A DNA stretch of 63,883 nt, the filler included, from Octopus bimaculoides (Eukaryota): NCBI RefSeq assembly GCF_001194135.2. It is 4 parts of 4 records of this genome, joined end to end, with 100 filler letters (N's around TTAATTAATTAA, not from the genome) between each part and the next. Parts side by side here need not be neighbours in the genome. Positions count along the whole stretch, not along the records: positions 1 to 29,098 come from NC_068982.1; 3 more parts are not named here. One strand, 5' to 3'. Shown here one piece after another: positions 12,560-23,526 of the stretch. How positions within the stretch are numbered: position 1 is the stretch's first letter; each line of letters opens with the position of its first letter. The notes beneath the pieces are model-generated. The model was given only the letters and a program-made list of their open reading frames with translations. It was not told the DNA's origin and did not search any database. The position numbers and the translations under genes were made by a program.

Positions 12560-12960
12560 TACAGTGGCCATTCTGTGGAAATGTTGTGCTCCCCTTACAT
12601 GAGCATCCTACCTCTGTCCCGGGTGTGGGCCTACTTATTAAAATCGTTTTTACCCTAGGTGCACAGATAAAGGAAATTTTCAGGGTATGCTTATTGAATA
12701 TTTTGCTGAATTTATCTGTATGGGAGAAGTATCTATCAACTAAGCTAAGAAAAATCTTACCTACTTGGGTTTTAACATTTAAAGAGAAGGGCGGTATAAA
12801 CCACAATACTTTCTGGTGCCACTTTCACTTGAAGGGGTTAGGTTCTGGTGTGTAATTAATTATATCCTTGAAACTGCTAGCAGCCAGTGCCTCATTGTAG
12901 TGCAGGATGGCAGCATCAAAAATCTCTTTGCTTGAAGATAAGCTGGAGATTCTTCCGCTG
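12560..12960 (-). mobile_element. Penelope-like element, RT thumb/linker remnant
   Basis: LSSSKEIFDAAILHYNEAL; WFIPPFSLNVKTQVGKIFLSLVDRYF...IFNKHTLKISF; CSCK. Confidence 0.8.
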
Positions 12961-13719
12961 ACGACCTTTACCAGGTTCTAGCAAAAGAATCTCCAGCCCC
13001 AACATGACAGACATCTACCAAATAGACTGTTTCCCACCACCTCCAATATAAAGTCCCACACACACATTGTACCCTTATGCTGCATACACACATAAATCCC
13101 CCACAATCTTAACCAATACAGAAATAAAACACTCTAGCAAACATGGTAATGAATGCCTACACCCCTTGCAAAAGTTATACAAACAGTACCACTACAAACA
13201 TCCCATTTCCACATGAATATAAACCTGAAAGACACACACAATTTCCACAAACACTTAACGATAACTCTTTCTGACTTACAGCATGGCCAATCCAGTGGCA
13301 ATGTCTTGGTACAAAGGGACATAACTCTCGACTAAATCCCCTACTTTGTTCGTTTCATCACCTTTTCACAACAATCGCAAACTGGATGTGTCCTTTCACC
13401 TCCAACAATAGAGAACAGTTGCCATATTTCGTTACATATCGGCTACCTCTGGTGAGCATAGGGTTGTATGATTGGATTGTTACCTAACTCTCTGCCATAC
13501 CCCTGGCGAGAAACCAATTGGTAAGATCAGCCGTGATGGTTATATAATACTGTACACTTTGGATAATATAACCACTCTGTTGACAGATATACGAGTGCAT
13601 CTTTTTTCTGACTTATGGACTTTTAGATAACTTACGCATGATATATATATTTATATACAGATGTATATATGTTTATATATATATATATAAATACACACAC
13701 ACATATACATATCTGTGTA

Positions 13720-13855
13720 CAAGATAGGCTTCCCTACAGTTTCCACTAACCTGATGCTACTCACAAGGCATTGGTCAGCCTGTGACAGTAGTAGAAGACA
13801 CTTGCCAAAAGTATCATCCAGCAAGATCAGCCCTAAAGGCACATGGTAGCAAAGC
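13720..13855 (-). mobile_element. SINE family A fragment
   Basis: cacaaggcattggtcagcc..gtagaagacacttgccaa. Confidence 0.7.
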
Positions 13856-14105
13856 AATCACACAGCTACTGCTACACTTATTGCTGATTGATATAATCTA
13901 GTTATGCTACTATTTGTTTTATCTGTTCTAGAATGAAGGAAATTAACTTTACCTTAGTGATATTTGAACTCAGAACACTGATATACCAATTTAGTTCCAA
14001 TAAAACATTCAGCTTCCATCTGTTTTTACCCTTTATCTCATAATAAATTATGGCAAACTTTTTGCAACAAACTTTTCATTTTAAAATTTGTTTTGTAAAA
14101 CATAC

Positions 14106-14171
14106 CTCTCTTTGTCTGGTAAGGGACTACCCATGTCATTTTCATCGAAATTGTTGTATAATGGATTAATC
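14106..14171 (-). CDS. Cadherin-related protein, cytoplasmic exon INPLYNNFDENDMGSPLPDKE(S)
   Basis: Acceptor atttttcAG, donor GTatgt; 66 nt, phase 2 to 2; NPLY motif. Confidence 0.88.
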
Positions 14172-15382
14172 CTGAAAAATATTTATATAAAACACAAATT
14201 TTTTGAAAACTTTTGTTATTGATAAATAAATATGTTTTTTCAGAGTTTTACTTCACAAAAGATATATAAAAAAATTTCTGAGAAAATTCTTCTTCCTCTT
14301 ATGTCACTGGCAATGTAAACATATATTATTACATTATTGACAGCGTAAATAATATAAACATATAAAACTTTCTATTTGGATAATGCAAAATTAATGATAT
14401 GCACCTTGACATGGAGTTTCAAATTTTGAACAGTTATTTTTCCTCTGCTTTCTTAGAAATTGGTAGATGTATAAGAGAGAAGTTTTGTCTCAAAACACAC
14501 AACCTTAATTAGCAGCAAATTGCATGAAAAAATTCTATCTGCTATGAATACTCTTTGGATCCTTTTATTGAGGAATGAATTATTATGAAATCAGGACTTC
14601 TAAATGCAGACACTGATGCATGACTAGATAATTTAGAGTTGGATGCCTTTCTGTAAATAAGTACTCAACAGTGAAAGAGAAGTGGAACCTGTTACAAAGT
14701 TATGCTTTCTAAAAGGGACATATAATTGCTACAACAGATTTTGAGCAGACTTACAAATAGAAAGTTTGTTTTGGTAGAATATATCATCAGAGTATCAGAA
14801 TATATTAGGCACAAGCTTGGAATGCTCTGCAAAATTGCAGGCAGCTNNNNNNNNNNNNNNNNNNNNNNNNNNNNNNNNNNNNNNNNNNNNNNNNNNNNNN
14901 NNNNNNNNNNNNNNNNNNNNNNNNNNNNNNNNNNNNNNNNNNNNNNNNNNNNNNNNNNNNNNNNNNNNNNNNNNNNNNNNNNNNNNTCAGAGTTCAATAC
15001 AACTACAGTGATTACTGTCTTTGACACAAAGCTACAAATATGTAGCGGAGAGAACTCAGATTGTAGTCATGGAAGATATACAACAAAGCATTTTCTTTGA
15101 TGCTTCAAAAATTCTACTGATCCTTAATAACAAGTTTCTAATTTGGTTCAAAGCAAGAAAATTCAGGGATAGGGCAAGTGACTTAAAACAATACCAGTAC
15201 ATGACTGGTACTTTATCTTATCAATTCTGGACTGAGGAAATGTAAAGATTGGTTGTTGTCATAGTTATGGAACCAATTATAACCTACATGTAATTAAATA
15301 ATCAAACATTTATAAAAAATAATAGGAGTTAGAAAGGAGAGAGAAGGAGGAAAAGGGGAGCAAGAGAGAAAGAAAAACATAC

Positions 15383-15440
15383 TGTCCATCTGAAAACAAA
15401 TTGGTTCCAGGGAATGCATCTTCAGCTATTTCATCTGATG
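15383..15440 (-). CDS. Cadherin-related protein, cytoplasmic exon SDEIAEDAFPGTNLFSDG(Q)
   Basis: Acceptor atatcattgcAG, donor GTatgt; 58 nt, phase 1 to 2, the only open frame; PGTN motif as in the CDHR2 tail. Confidence 0.88.
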
Positions 15441-15732
15441 CTGCAATGATATAAATATTAAATAATGACCATAGTTTTCTTTGACAGATGAAATTCTTTC
15501 ATGCACTGAATACACAGACAAACACAATTTAGAATACATATACAAAATAGAAAGTGCAAAATTAAATTATTAAAAGAAATGCAAAAATGGATATGAAGTG
15601 ATGATCAGTCTAACTAGTTCAATTAAATTCAATGCATATATATAGATATATATATATATAATAAAAACAAATGTCCAAAGTATATATTAGCTGTAAAACA
15701 AATCAGTCAGTCAGTCTGTCTGTTTGTGTATA

Positions 15733-15930
15733 TACAGGGTGCATAAGGTATTTGAGAACATACCTTTTTTTGGTCATTGCTGCATTTTTTGCTGACTCCA
15801 TATAATCTTTGTTTCAGAAAATAATAATGGCAGATTCTCAGCTTACTCAAGAAATGAAGAGGCATGCTGTTATTGTGGTTATAAAGGCTGAACATAGTGA
15901 TTTAGAAATATCTCATTGCTTTTTCTGGTT
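15733..15930 (+). mobile_element. maT-like transposon 5' end
   Basis: TAcagggtg terminus; MADSQLTQEMKRHAVIVVIKAEHSDLEIS N-terminus. Confidence 0.6.
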
Positions 15931-16334
15931 ACATTCGTTTTACTTGTCCCACAGCTTTTTGATATCATCACTTGTTACTTGTTCATTTTCCCTGTCACTC
16001 CTGCCTTGTTGCTTAGCAGTTATCTCTTCTTTCTTCCCTAAATAGATACTAGCTAGTCCTAACTGGGAATTATGCTTGGTAGAGGGATCATTTTATGTAA
16101 CTGACATCATTGTAATTTGTTTCTTAATTTTAATGTCAATCTGAAAATAATTAATAATTTAAGAAAAGGATTGCATCTTTTGTCAGGCAAAAACTAATTG
16201 ATTACAACCATATCTTTATCTTTTATATTTTGCTTGTTACAGTCATTAAACTGCAGCCATGCTGAGGTACTGCCTTGAAGAATTTTTTTAGCTGAATGAA
16301 TTGACCCTAGATTTTTTTTTTTTGTACTTACTCT

Positions 16335-16562
16335 GTCAGTGCTTTTACCAAACCATTAAATTACGGGGACGTAAACAGATACACAATGACACACACACAT
16401 ATATGACAGGTATCTTTCAGTTTCTGACTAACCAAATACACTCACAAGGCTTTGGTTGGCCTGAGGCTATAGTAGAAGACACTTGCCCAAGGTGCCCTGC
16501 AGTGGGAATGAACCTGGAACCCTGTAGTTGGGAACCAAGCTCCTTTACCTCACAGCCATGTC
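16335..16562 (-). mobile_element. SINE family A, 5' half
   Basis: cacaaggctttggttggcc..agtagaagacacttgcccaaggtgcc..cagtggga; CpG-depleted. Confidence 0.8.
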
Positions 16563-16841
16563 TATCTGTTTTTGTGGTAAGGAAAAGTACAAAAAATGTT
16601 TTTCATGCTCTTACTGAGTGAGAGATGGCTAATTTGCTAGCTGACTCCATCATTGATTAATATTGTTCTTTAAAGCTCCTTGCATTAAATACATTATCAC
16701 TAACTTAACTACTTTGTTTTCCTAGTGGTTAGCATCTCTGAATTATTTATTAAGTAAGGAATTTTTTATCTTCATATGCTAACCACAGGGCCAACCATTG
16801 TGCAATTTTCTTAGTGATTATTTAATTGCTACTTCAACAAG

Positions 16842-17690
16842 CAGGGCTGGCCTTAGGAAGTGCAGGACCCAATTGGGAACAATGTTGGTGGGCCCCAATT
16901 TCCCAGTCAACTTGCACCAAGGTATCCAGCTGTTAAAACCATGGTCCCGTATGGTGCCACATAAAAACACACAGTCCACACCATAAAGCAGTGGCATTAG
17001 GAAGGACATCCAGCTAAACCAAATGGGTGCCAGACATTGTCCCTGGATTGTCAGCCCCTGTCAAACCATTCAACCCATGCCAGCATGGAAAACAGACGTT
17101 AAATGATGATGACAATGATGATATGCATATATATATATATACATATTATGTATATATTTATATGTATGTATATATATATATGTGTNNNNNNNNNNNNNNN
17201 NNNNNNNNNNNNNNNNNNNNNNNNNNNNNNNNNNNNNNNNNNNNNNNNNNNNNNNNNNNNNNNNNNNNNNNNNNNNNNNNNNNNNNNNNNNNNNNNNNNN
17301 NNNNNNNNNNNNNNNNNNNNNNNNNNNNNNNNNNNNNNNNNNNNNNNNNNNNNNNNNNNNNNNNNNNNNNNNNNNNNNNNNNNNNNNNNNNNNNNNNNNN
17401 NNNNNNNNNNNNNNNNNNNNNNNNNNNNNNNNNATATATACAGGGGTTGGACAAAATAATAGAAACATCTAGCATCATAGCACCATAATTTTTAAATATC
17501 TATAAAACCATCACAAGCTTGTTTATTTTTAAATCCAGTATGTTTTTTCTTTCTTTTTTGAAAGAACATGTAAATTTTTTAAGACTTCAGGGAGACCACC
17601 TTTATGAAATGTTGCAGCATAGAATGTGGTCCCCCTGAGCACAGGGCCTGATTGGGAGCAATTGCTCCAGTTGGCTTAAGGTCAGCCCTG
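16842..17690. mobile_element. hAT-type MITE with nested insertions
   Basis: TIRs cagggctggccttag / cttaaggtcagccctg; 8-bp TSD tcaacaag/tcaacaat; contains an RTE tail, a microsatellite and a Tc1-like end (cagggGttggacaaaataat). Confidence 0.75.
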
Positions 17691-17977
17691 TCAACAATTA
17701 CATCGAGGCTTGCTTTGCCGATGAGATTAGAATAACTCCACATGATAGTTATATACAACTCTACATTGATCTCATTAGTCTTTGGGAGAGAAGTTAAAGA
17801 TTATGGATGCTGGCCTGCTTTTCTAGAATATAATACATAAAAAAAAAATTTTGAAAGCCAGTGTAAGTTAAAAACCATATCCCACAAATACAGGACATCT
17901 CAAAGGTCAACTTTGCAACCAAAAAGTTGACACTGCATTCATTCCAAACCAAAGATATAGACATTAAAACAACTTAC

Positions 17978-18018
17978 GATTTGTAGTGGTTTTAGCTGCT
18001 CTTAATTTCCTGGTATAT
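17978..18018 (-). CDS. Cadherin-related protein, cytoplasmic exon YTRKLRAAKTTTN(P)
   Basis: Strong acceptor tttttttcccatttctcttcAG and donor GTaagt; 41 nt, phase 2 to 1, the only open frame; resembles CDHR2 YNRKLQAMK. Confidence 0.9.
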
Positions 18019-18267
18019 CTGAAGAGAAATGGGAAAAAAAGCAATGAACAGACAAATAAATATATCATTGAGAGAGAGAGAAAGAGAGAGAGAGGAAGGA
18101 ATATTTTAGTGGAGATGCTTATATTTTCCAACAATAAATGTAGATGTGCATACGAACGTAAGGTACATGGCATACTATAATCTTTGTATTTGTCAGGATG
18201 GCAATCTTTTAGCTTTAATTTCTAAATGTACATGCTTTAAATGGTAAACTAGTTTACCATTTAATGT

Positions 18268-18510
18268 ATGGTAGACAAATGTAAGAAATCAACCACAGCA
18301 TACATTGGTGTGACAGTCAGAATTTTACCAGAGCAAACAGAAGTACATTGGAGTAGATACCATATTGAGAAATGTACATTGTTACTCAATCTACATACCA
18401 ATGATAAACATAATAGCATGCTCAACAACACTCATGTTGAAGTCATTTCACTACATCCATATGACTCTTCATTTCAACAGATACAGGAGTTTATTCAAAT
18501 AAATGAATAG
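18268..18510 (+). mobile_element. PLE GIY-YIG endonuclease remnant (type 1)
   Basis: CKKSTTAYIGVTVRIL resembles the YIG motif with an upstream Cys; decayed. Confidence 0.5.
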
Positions 18511-18579
18511 AAACCAATAAGAAGAATGCTGGTAGAATGGATAGACCGCATCACCACTTGGGACTTAGGCTTGGAGCTG

Positions 18580-18925
18580 TTACCAAGGTTGTTTAATGCC
18601 CTTAAGGTATTTGAACATGCAGCTAATCTTATGCATACAGGAAAGGCGAAGGTCTAGTTTATTATTTAATAAATTTTCACTATTAGATCTTAAAATTTCA
18701 AACAGTTCCATGAAGTAAAGTTTGCATCCACATCTATCGTTTAAGTATGGTTTTATGTCCCAACTTAAATCAAATTTAACATCGTCATTTTTGAGATCCC
18801 AGATCTTCATGGCTACAGACGTCTTGCCAGTCCTGCATCTTAATTTAAAAGATGAATAGTGGTTGTGTAAGCACTCCTTAAAATTTACAGTGCAGCCAAT
18901 ATAAGTGTAAGTATTGGTCGCTGTA
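18580..18925 (-). mobile_element. PLE GIY-YIG endonuclease remnant (type 2)
   Basis: TYIGCTVNFKECLHNHYSSF...IWDLK...SWDIKPY...CGCKL...LLN..SCMH. Confidence 0.8.
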
Positions 18926-19330
18926 GTATATATATATTGGTTAGTTGTCCATAAGTTAGAAGTAGAGGTGTCCAACAGTAACAGTAACAAAAGGAAACAT
19001 ACACAAAAATATGTTGGAGCAATAGAGGTTCCTTTAAAGCCAAGGTTAAATAATCATAGTTCCTCTTTTAGGATCCCAGAGATGTGCAATGTAACAGTAT
19101 TACCCAGCAACATACGGCGATTAAAAAAAGAGAGAATGCCATACAAAATTAACTGGAAGCTGCTTGAACAATCAGGACCATACCTCAATGGAAGCAGATA
19201 CTGCAAACTTGCCGTGGCAGAGAGGAAAATGACTAAAAAATTCGCATGACCTAGAAGTCTTCTTGAATTCATATAGTGATGTTTTTAGCTGATGCCCTCA
19301 TGACAGAAAATTTGCTTTGGAAATGTGGTC
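18914..19330 (+). mobile_element. PLE GIY-YIG endonuclease remnant (type 3)
   Basis: KYVGAIEVPLKPRLNNHSSSF...YKINWKLL...PYLNGSRYCKL..AE. Confidence 0.8.
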
Positions 19331-19633
19331 TCCATTTGCAGATTAGGGAACAGAAAGAGCATACACAAACTGACCCATTTCTGCTACAGCATAAATCGTT
19401 GAAGGGGAGGTAACTTTCTCAAAGAGTTTTCTCATTTCGGTTTTTTCCACTACCAAACTGACCCAAACTGTATATTCCATTGGTAAAGAAGCTAAACGCT
19501 TCCAGCCAGTAGATCAGAATAGTTGCCTGTATCACTAAGTGCAATAGTAGATGTGAAGCCAATGGTAACTTTTTCACTGGTAATATACCATAACCAAGGA
19601 TATACTACTCAGCTATGTACATAAAATAATATA

Positions 19634-19893
19634 TATATATATATATATATATATTACGGAGATGTACTTGCATAGCAAGTGACCTGATCTGAGATCGTGT
19701 GCTGGAACGAAAACAATTGCAGTGTGGAAGGTGTTTATAAGCCATTTAAAATAACACACAAAAGCCGTCAGATTCACTTCAACATTTAAATTTAATTTGT
19801 CAAAATATTTTTTTCGCTTGGAGACCGCGACCTGTTCACTGACAAAATTCTGTGCAGCACAGAATTTTGTCAGTGAACAGGTCGCGGTCTCAA
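19634..19893 (+). mobile_element. Unclassified interspersed repeat ending in a perfect 35-bp-arm palindrome
   Basis: gagatgtacttgcatagcaagtgacctgatctgagatc also present inverted at 59831-59903. Confidence 0.7.
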
Positions 19894-20107
19894 NNNNNNN
19901 NNNNNNNNNNNNNNNNNNNNNNNNNNNNNNNNNNNNNNNNNNNNNNNNNNNNNNNNNNNNNNNNNNNNNNNNNNNNNNNNNNNNNNNNNNNNNNNNNNNN
20001 NNNNNNNNNNNNNNNNNNNNNNNNNNNNNNNNNNNNNNNNNNNNNNNNNNNNNNNNNNNNNNNNNNNNNNNNNNNNNNNNNNNNTATATATATATATATA
20101 TATATCC

Positions 20108-20310
20108 TAATCATCATCATTTAAAGTCTGTTGTCCATGCTAGCAAGGGTTGGACTGTTTAACCAGGACTTGTAAGCTGAGGGGCTGTACCAGACTCCAG
20201 TCTGATTTGGCATGGCTTCTACTGCTGGATGCTCTTCCTAACACCAATCACTCTGAGAGTGTAATGGGTGTTTTTGCATGCCATCAACATGGGTGTTAGT
20301 TATATGACAT
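20108..20310 (-). mobile_element. RTE 3'UTR-derived repeat
   Basis: (CAT)n tttaa..ccatgctagcaagggttgg...gctggatgctcttcctaacaccaa. Confidence 0.8.
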
Positions 20311-20319
20311 TGAGCTCAC

Positions 20320-20560
20320 CAAAAGTCATTAGTCCCACAAGATACTATATTGGGCCCACTTCTCTTCTTTATTTACATCAATGACATTATTTACATCATC
20401 AAACATGACAGCATTTGAACTTTTGCAGATGACTCTAAGCTTCTGAAGGTCATCGACAGGAGAGGGGATCAAGCAAAAATCCAATCAGACTTGCTCATTG
20501 TTATCCAATAGATAGAAAAACACAATATGCAGCTACAAGCAGATCATCTGTGCATGCTGT
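20320..20560 (+). mobile_element. CR1/L2-type LINE RT fragment
   Basis: TILGPLLFFIYINDI...FADDSKL...QSDL. Confidence 0.85.
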
Positions 20561-21024
20561 TCACCTTGGAATGACAGAAATGTTTTTCTTGGATCTGAGA
20601 GACTACCATTAATTAATAAACATCCAACTATCTTATGGTTTTCAAAATAACTACAGAATATCCGTGGGTACTGTTGCTAGTAATGCTTCTCTTTTATCAG
20701 CTCTTTAAAATGTGTTAATAAAAAAGGTAACAAAAAGAAGGAAAAAGATTAATGTAAATTTTAAACTATTGAAATAACAACATAGCAACAGAAAATTGTT
20801 TCGTTTTGCTTATTTTATAAAAACAAAAACACCTCCATTGAGTGATCCAAATCAGTTGACAACATGTATCCTACTTAAACATCATCACTGTTGCATCCAT
20901 AACTTCATCATGTTTATCAATGCCAATTTTGTCACACTTACCTATCTTTCATAGAATCTATTTTGGGGTGACACATGACATTTCAATATTCTGTAATCTT
21001 TTTAACTCTTATAATAACAACCCA

Positions 21025-21250
21025 CATGAGACTGCCCCTGGTTCTATGATATAAACTTCCTGTTAAAAATAATCTAAATTAAATCTTCCATTGTTAAACA
21101 CCACTTTAATTACTTTAAACTTCCTGTTTAAAGTAATCTAAATTAAATCATTCATGTTAAACACCACTTTAATGATAAAGTTATTTTTCTAAATTCTTTG
21201 TTAAGTTCAAACTTAATTGAAACAAAGGCCATTGTATTTCAACAGAAATA
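21025..21250 (+). mobile_element. AT-rich interspersed repeat with an internal ~60-bp tandem duplication
   Basis: aaacttcctgtt.aa.taatctaaattaaatc..catgttaaacaccactttaat twice; related copy at ~57130-57320. Confidence 0.6.
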
Positions 21251-22232
21251 AGTTAAGAAAAGGCTTAAACATTATTTTAAAATATGAATGTCTTGTGGAT
21301 CATAATTCTCTCTGTTTCAAATTTTGTCAATGCAATCTCATTAGCTGCAACCAAGGCATACTACCTGAATGCATAACTTACTGTTTCTGGAACTTCACTA
21401 TATCTTGAACACTATCATTCAAATGTTATACAATGTCTTGAGAGTCTGCACAAATAAAGTGAGCTTGTCAGTAAGCAGTCCAAGGTTTTTGTTGACCTGT
21501 AAGGATATAGCTTGACCCTGCCTGAGATTTGAAACCAAATCTACCTGCTTGTTGCTTGTCAAAACGATAGGGAAATCCTCTCCACACCAGATGACTGATG
21601 AAGAAACACTCGAACCCCTAGGACTTGGGCTGGACAAGGAAAAGTCAGTCTTTTGTTTAAGGTTTGACCTACATTACTGACCATAGTCTATATAACAAAG
21701 AAAATCTCCTATATCTTCCTCTTTTGTGTCAGCCAGACCAAGGAGCAACACACTCTTTTGCATCAGCCATACAAGAGCAGCACTTTCCTTGGCCACAAGA
21801 AAGACGATGCCACCTCTATCCTTTCTTCCTTTCTAGTCAGCACTGTGCATTCCTTACTCTTTCACTCTCTACTGACTGACAACCTTTTTCTATACTATCA
21901 ACTACTAACTGGCGAGCCAACCTTGTCATCATCACTAGAATTGCTACTGTCTCTTTAAGTACCTGTTGGGAAAACGAATAAACATATGTAAAGAATATTT
22001 CAGCCTTTTTGGTGTTTATTCTTAATCTGACGCAAGTATCTTGAAGCATTACATCGACATGCTACATTTGGTAGACGGCTACATTCCAACCCAAAGCATA
22101 ACATTAGCCGCTAAAGACCCAACCGAAGAGGGGCACAACACACGCATGTTATTGCTTAAAAGTACTAATGTGTATAAGATATGTGAACCAATTTAAAAAA
22201 AAAATAAAATTCATTTCTATATTTAAGAGTTG

Positions 22233-22868
22233 AGGTGTCTTGTGGAAATTTAGAACCTGGGTTCTCATTCCTAAGGTATTTTTCGATGTTAATATTATTA
22301 TTATTCAGCTCACTGCTTGGAATCGAACTCGGAATCTTGGGGTACTAACCCCAGGATTCCAAGTTCTTAACCACTATGCCATATTCCCATGGGCATTTAT
22401 GGAGTGAATTTTAGGGCTTATAAATCTAATATTTTCGTATCATTCCTTAATACCAGTTCCCACATGCTACTCATATCTGCACTCGGTCTACTTAGGAGAT
22501 TGTTGTGTCCTAGCATATGTGCTGCTTCTTTTAATTTTCGTATTTTCCAGCGGTGACCTATGTCTATTATTTTAACTTCATCCCACAGGGGCAGGTGGTC
22601 TCCATTTTTCCACACATCATCAGCTACCCCCAATTTATCAATATCTCCTCGTGTCACAGCTTTGCGATGTTCGTTTAACCTTATTTTGAGGGGGTGTCAT
22701 TGTTTTGCCTTTGTATAACCTACCACAGCTCAATGGGATGGAGTAAATACAGTCTTTGGTCATATTCTCTTCTATTGGTGGTTTTACTCAAAGGAGATAT
22801 TTACGAAGTGTTGTATTACTCTTGAATCTTTTCGGAGAGGCCTTTCACATAGGGTAGACAGACTGTGG
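22233..22868 (-). mobile_element. Penelope-like element 3' region, inverted arm
   Basis: STVCLPYVKGLSEKIQ, GIY-YIG C-half ...LPLWDEVKIID..HRWKIRKLKEAAHM; mirror of 22869-23487. Confidence 0.9.
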
Positions 22869-23350
22869 ATACAAAAGATATGCGGCCCATATGACATCAG
22901 GACAACATTCAAGAGTAATACAACACTTCATAAATATCTCCTTTGAGTAAAACCACCAATAGAAGAGAATACGACCAAAGACTGAGTGTACTCCATCCCA
23001 CTGAGCTGTGGTAGGTTATACAAAGGCAAAACATGCCACCCCCTCAAAATAAGGGTAGATGAACATCGCAAAACTGTGACATGAGGAGATATTGATAAAT
23101 CGGGTGTAGGTGATGATGTATGGAAAAATGGAGACCACCTCCCCCTGTGGGATGAAGTTAAGATAATAGACAGAGAACACCAAAGGAAAATACAAAAACT
23201 AAAAGAAGCAGCACATATGCTAGGACACAACAACCTTCTAAGTAGACTGAGTGCAGATATGAGTAGCATGTGGGAACCGGTATTAAGGAAGGATAGGAAA
23301 ATATTAGATTTATAAGCCCTAAAATTCACTCCATAATTGCCACAAGAATA

Positions 23351-23399
23351 TGGCGTAGTGGTTAAGAGCTACTAACCTGAAGATTCCCAATTCGATTCC
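23351..23399 (+). promoter_or_regulatory. tRNA-like Pol III A-box/B-box within the PLE 3' region
   Basis: A-box TGGCGTAGTGG; B-box (a)TTCGATTCC, and GAGTTCGATTCC in the inverted arm at 22319-22330. Confidence 0.6.
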
Positions 23400-23480
23400 A
23401 AGGAGTGACCTGAATAATAATAATAATAATAACATCAAAAAATACCTTAGGAATGAGAACCAGGTTCTAAATTTCCCCAA

Positions 23481-23526
23481 GACACCTGATGAAGGTTGGA
23501 GGGTATATCAGCTGAAACGTTGTTAA
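23481..23526 (+). ncRNA. Minimal hammerhead ribozyme, stem I partly degenerate
   Basis: gacac CTGATGA a ggttg-gagggtatat-cagct GAAAC GTT gtt; palindromic AACGTT stem III. Confidence 0.7.

Noticed and set aside
14340-15100. Possible hAT-like transposase relic around a gap
   Set aside because: Multiple stops and no catalytic motif identifiable
18160-18215. KLKLKDCHPDK resembling a DnaJ HPD motif
   Set aside because: No other J-domain exons, and the phase is incompatible with the neighbouring cadherin exon
23351-23410. Possible tRNA gene
   Set aside because: No acceptor stem or complete cloverleaf; part of a PLE repeat
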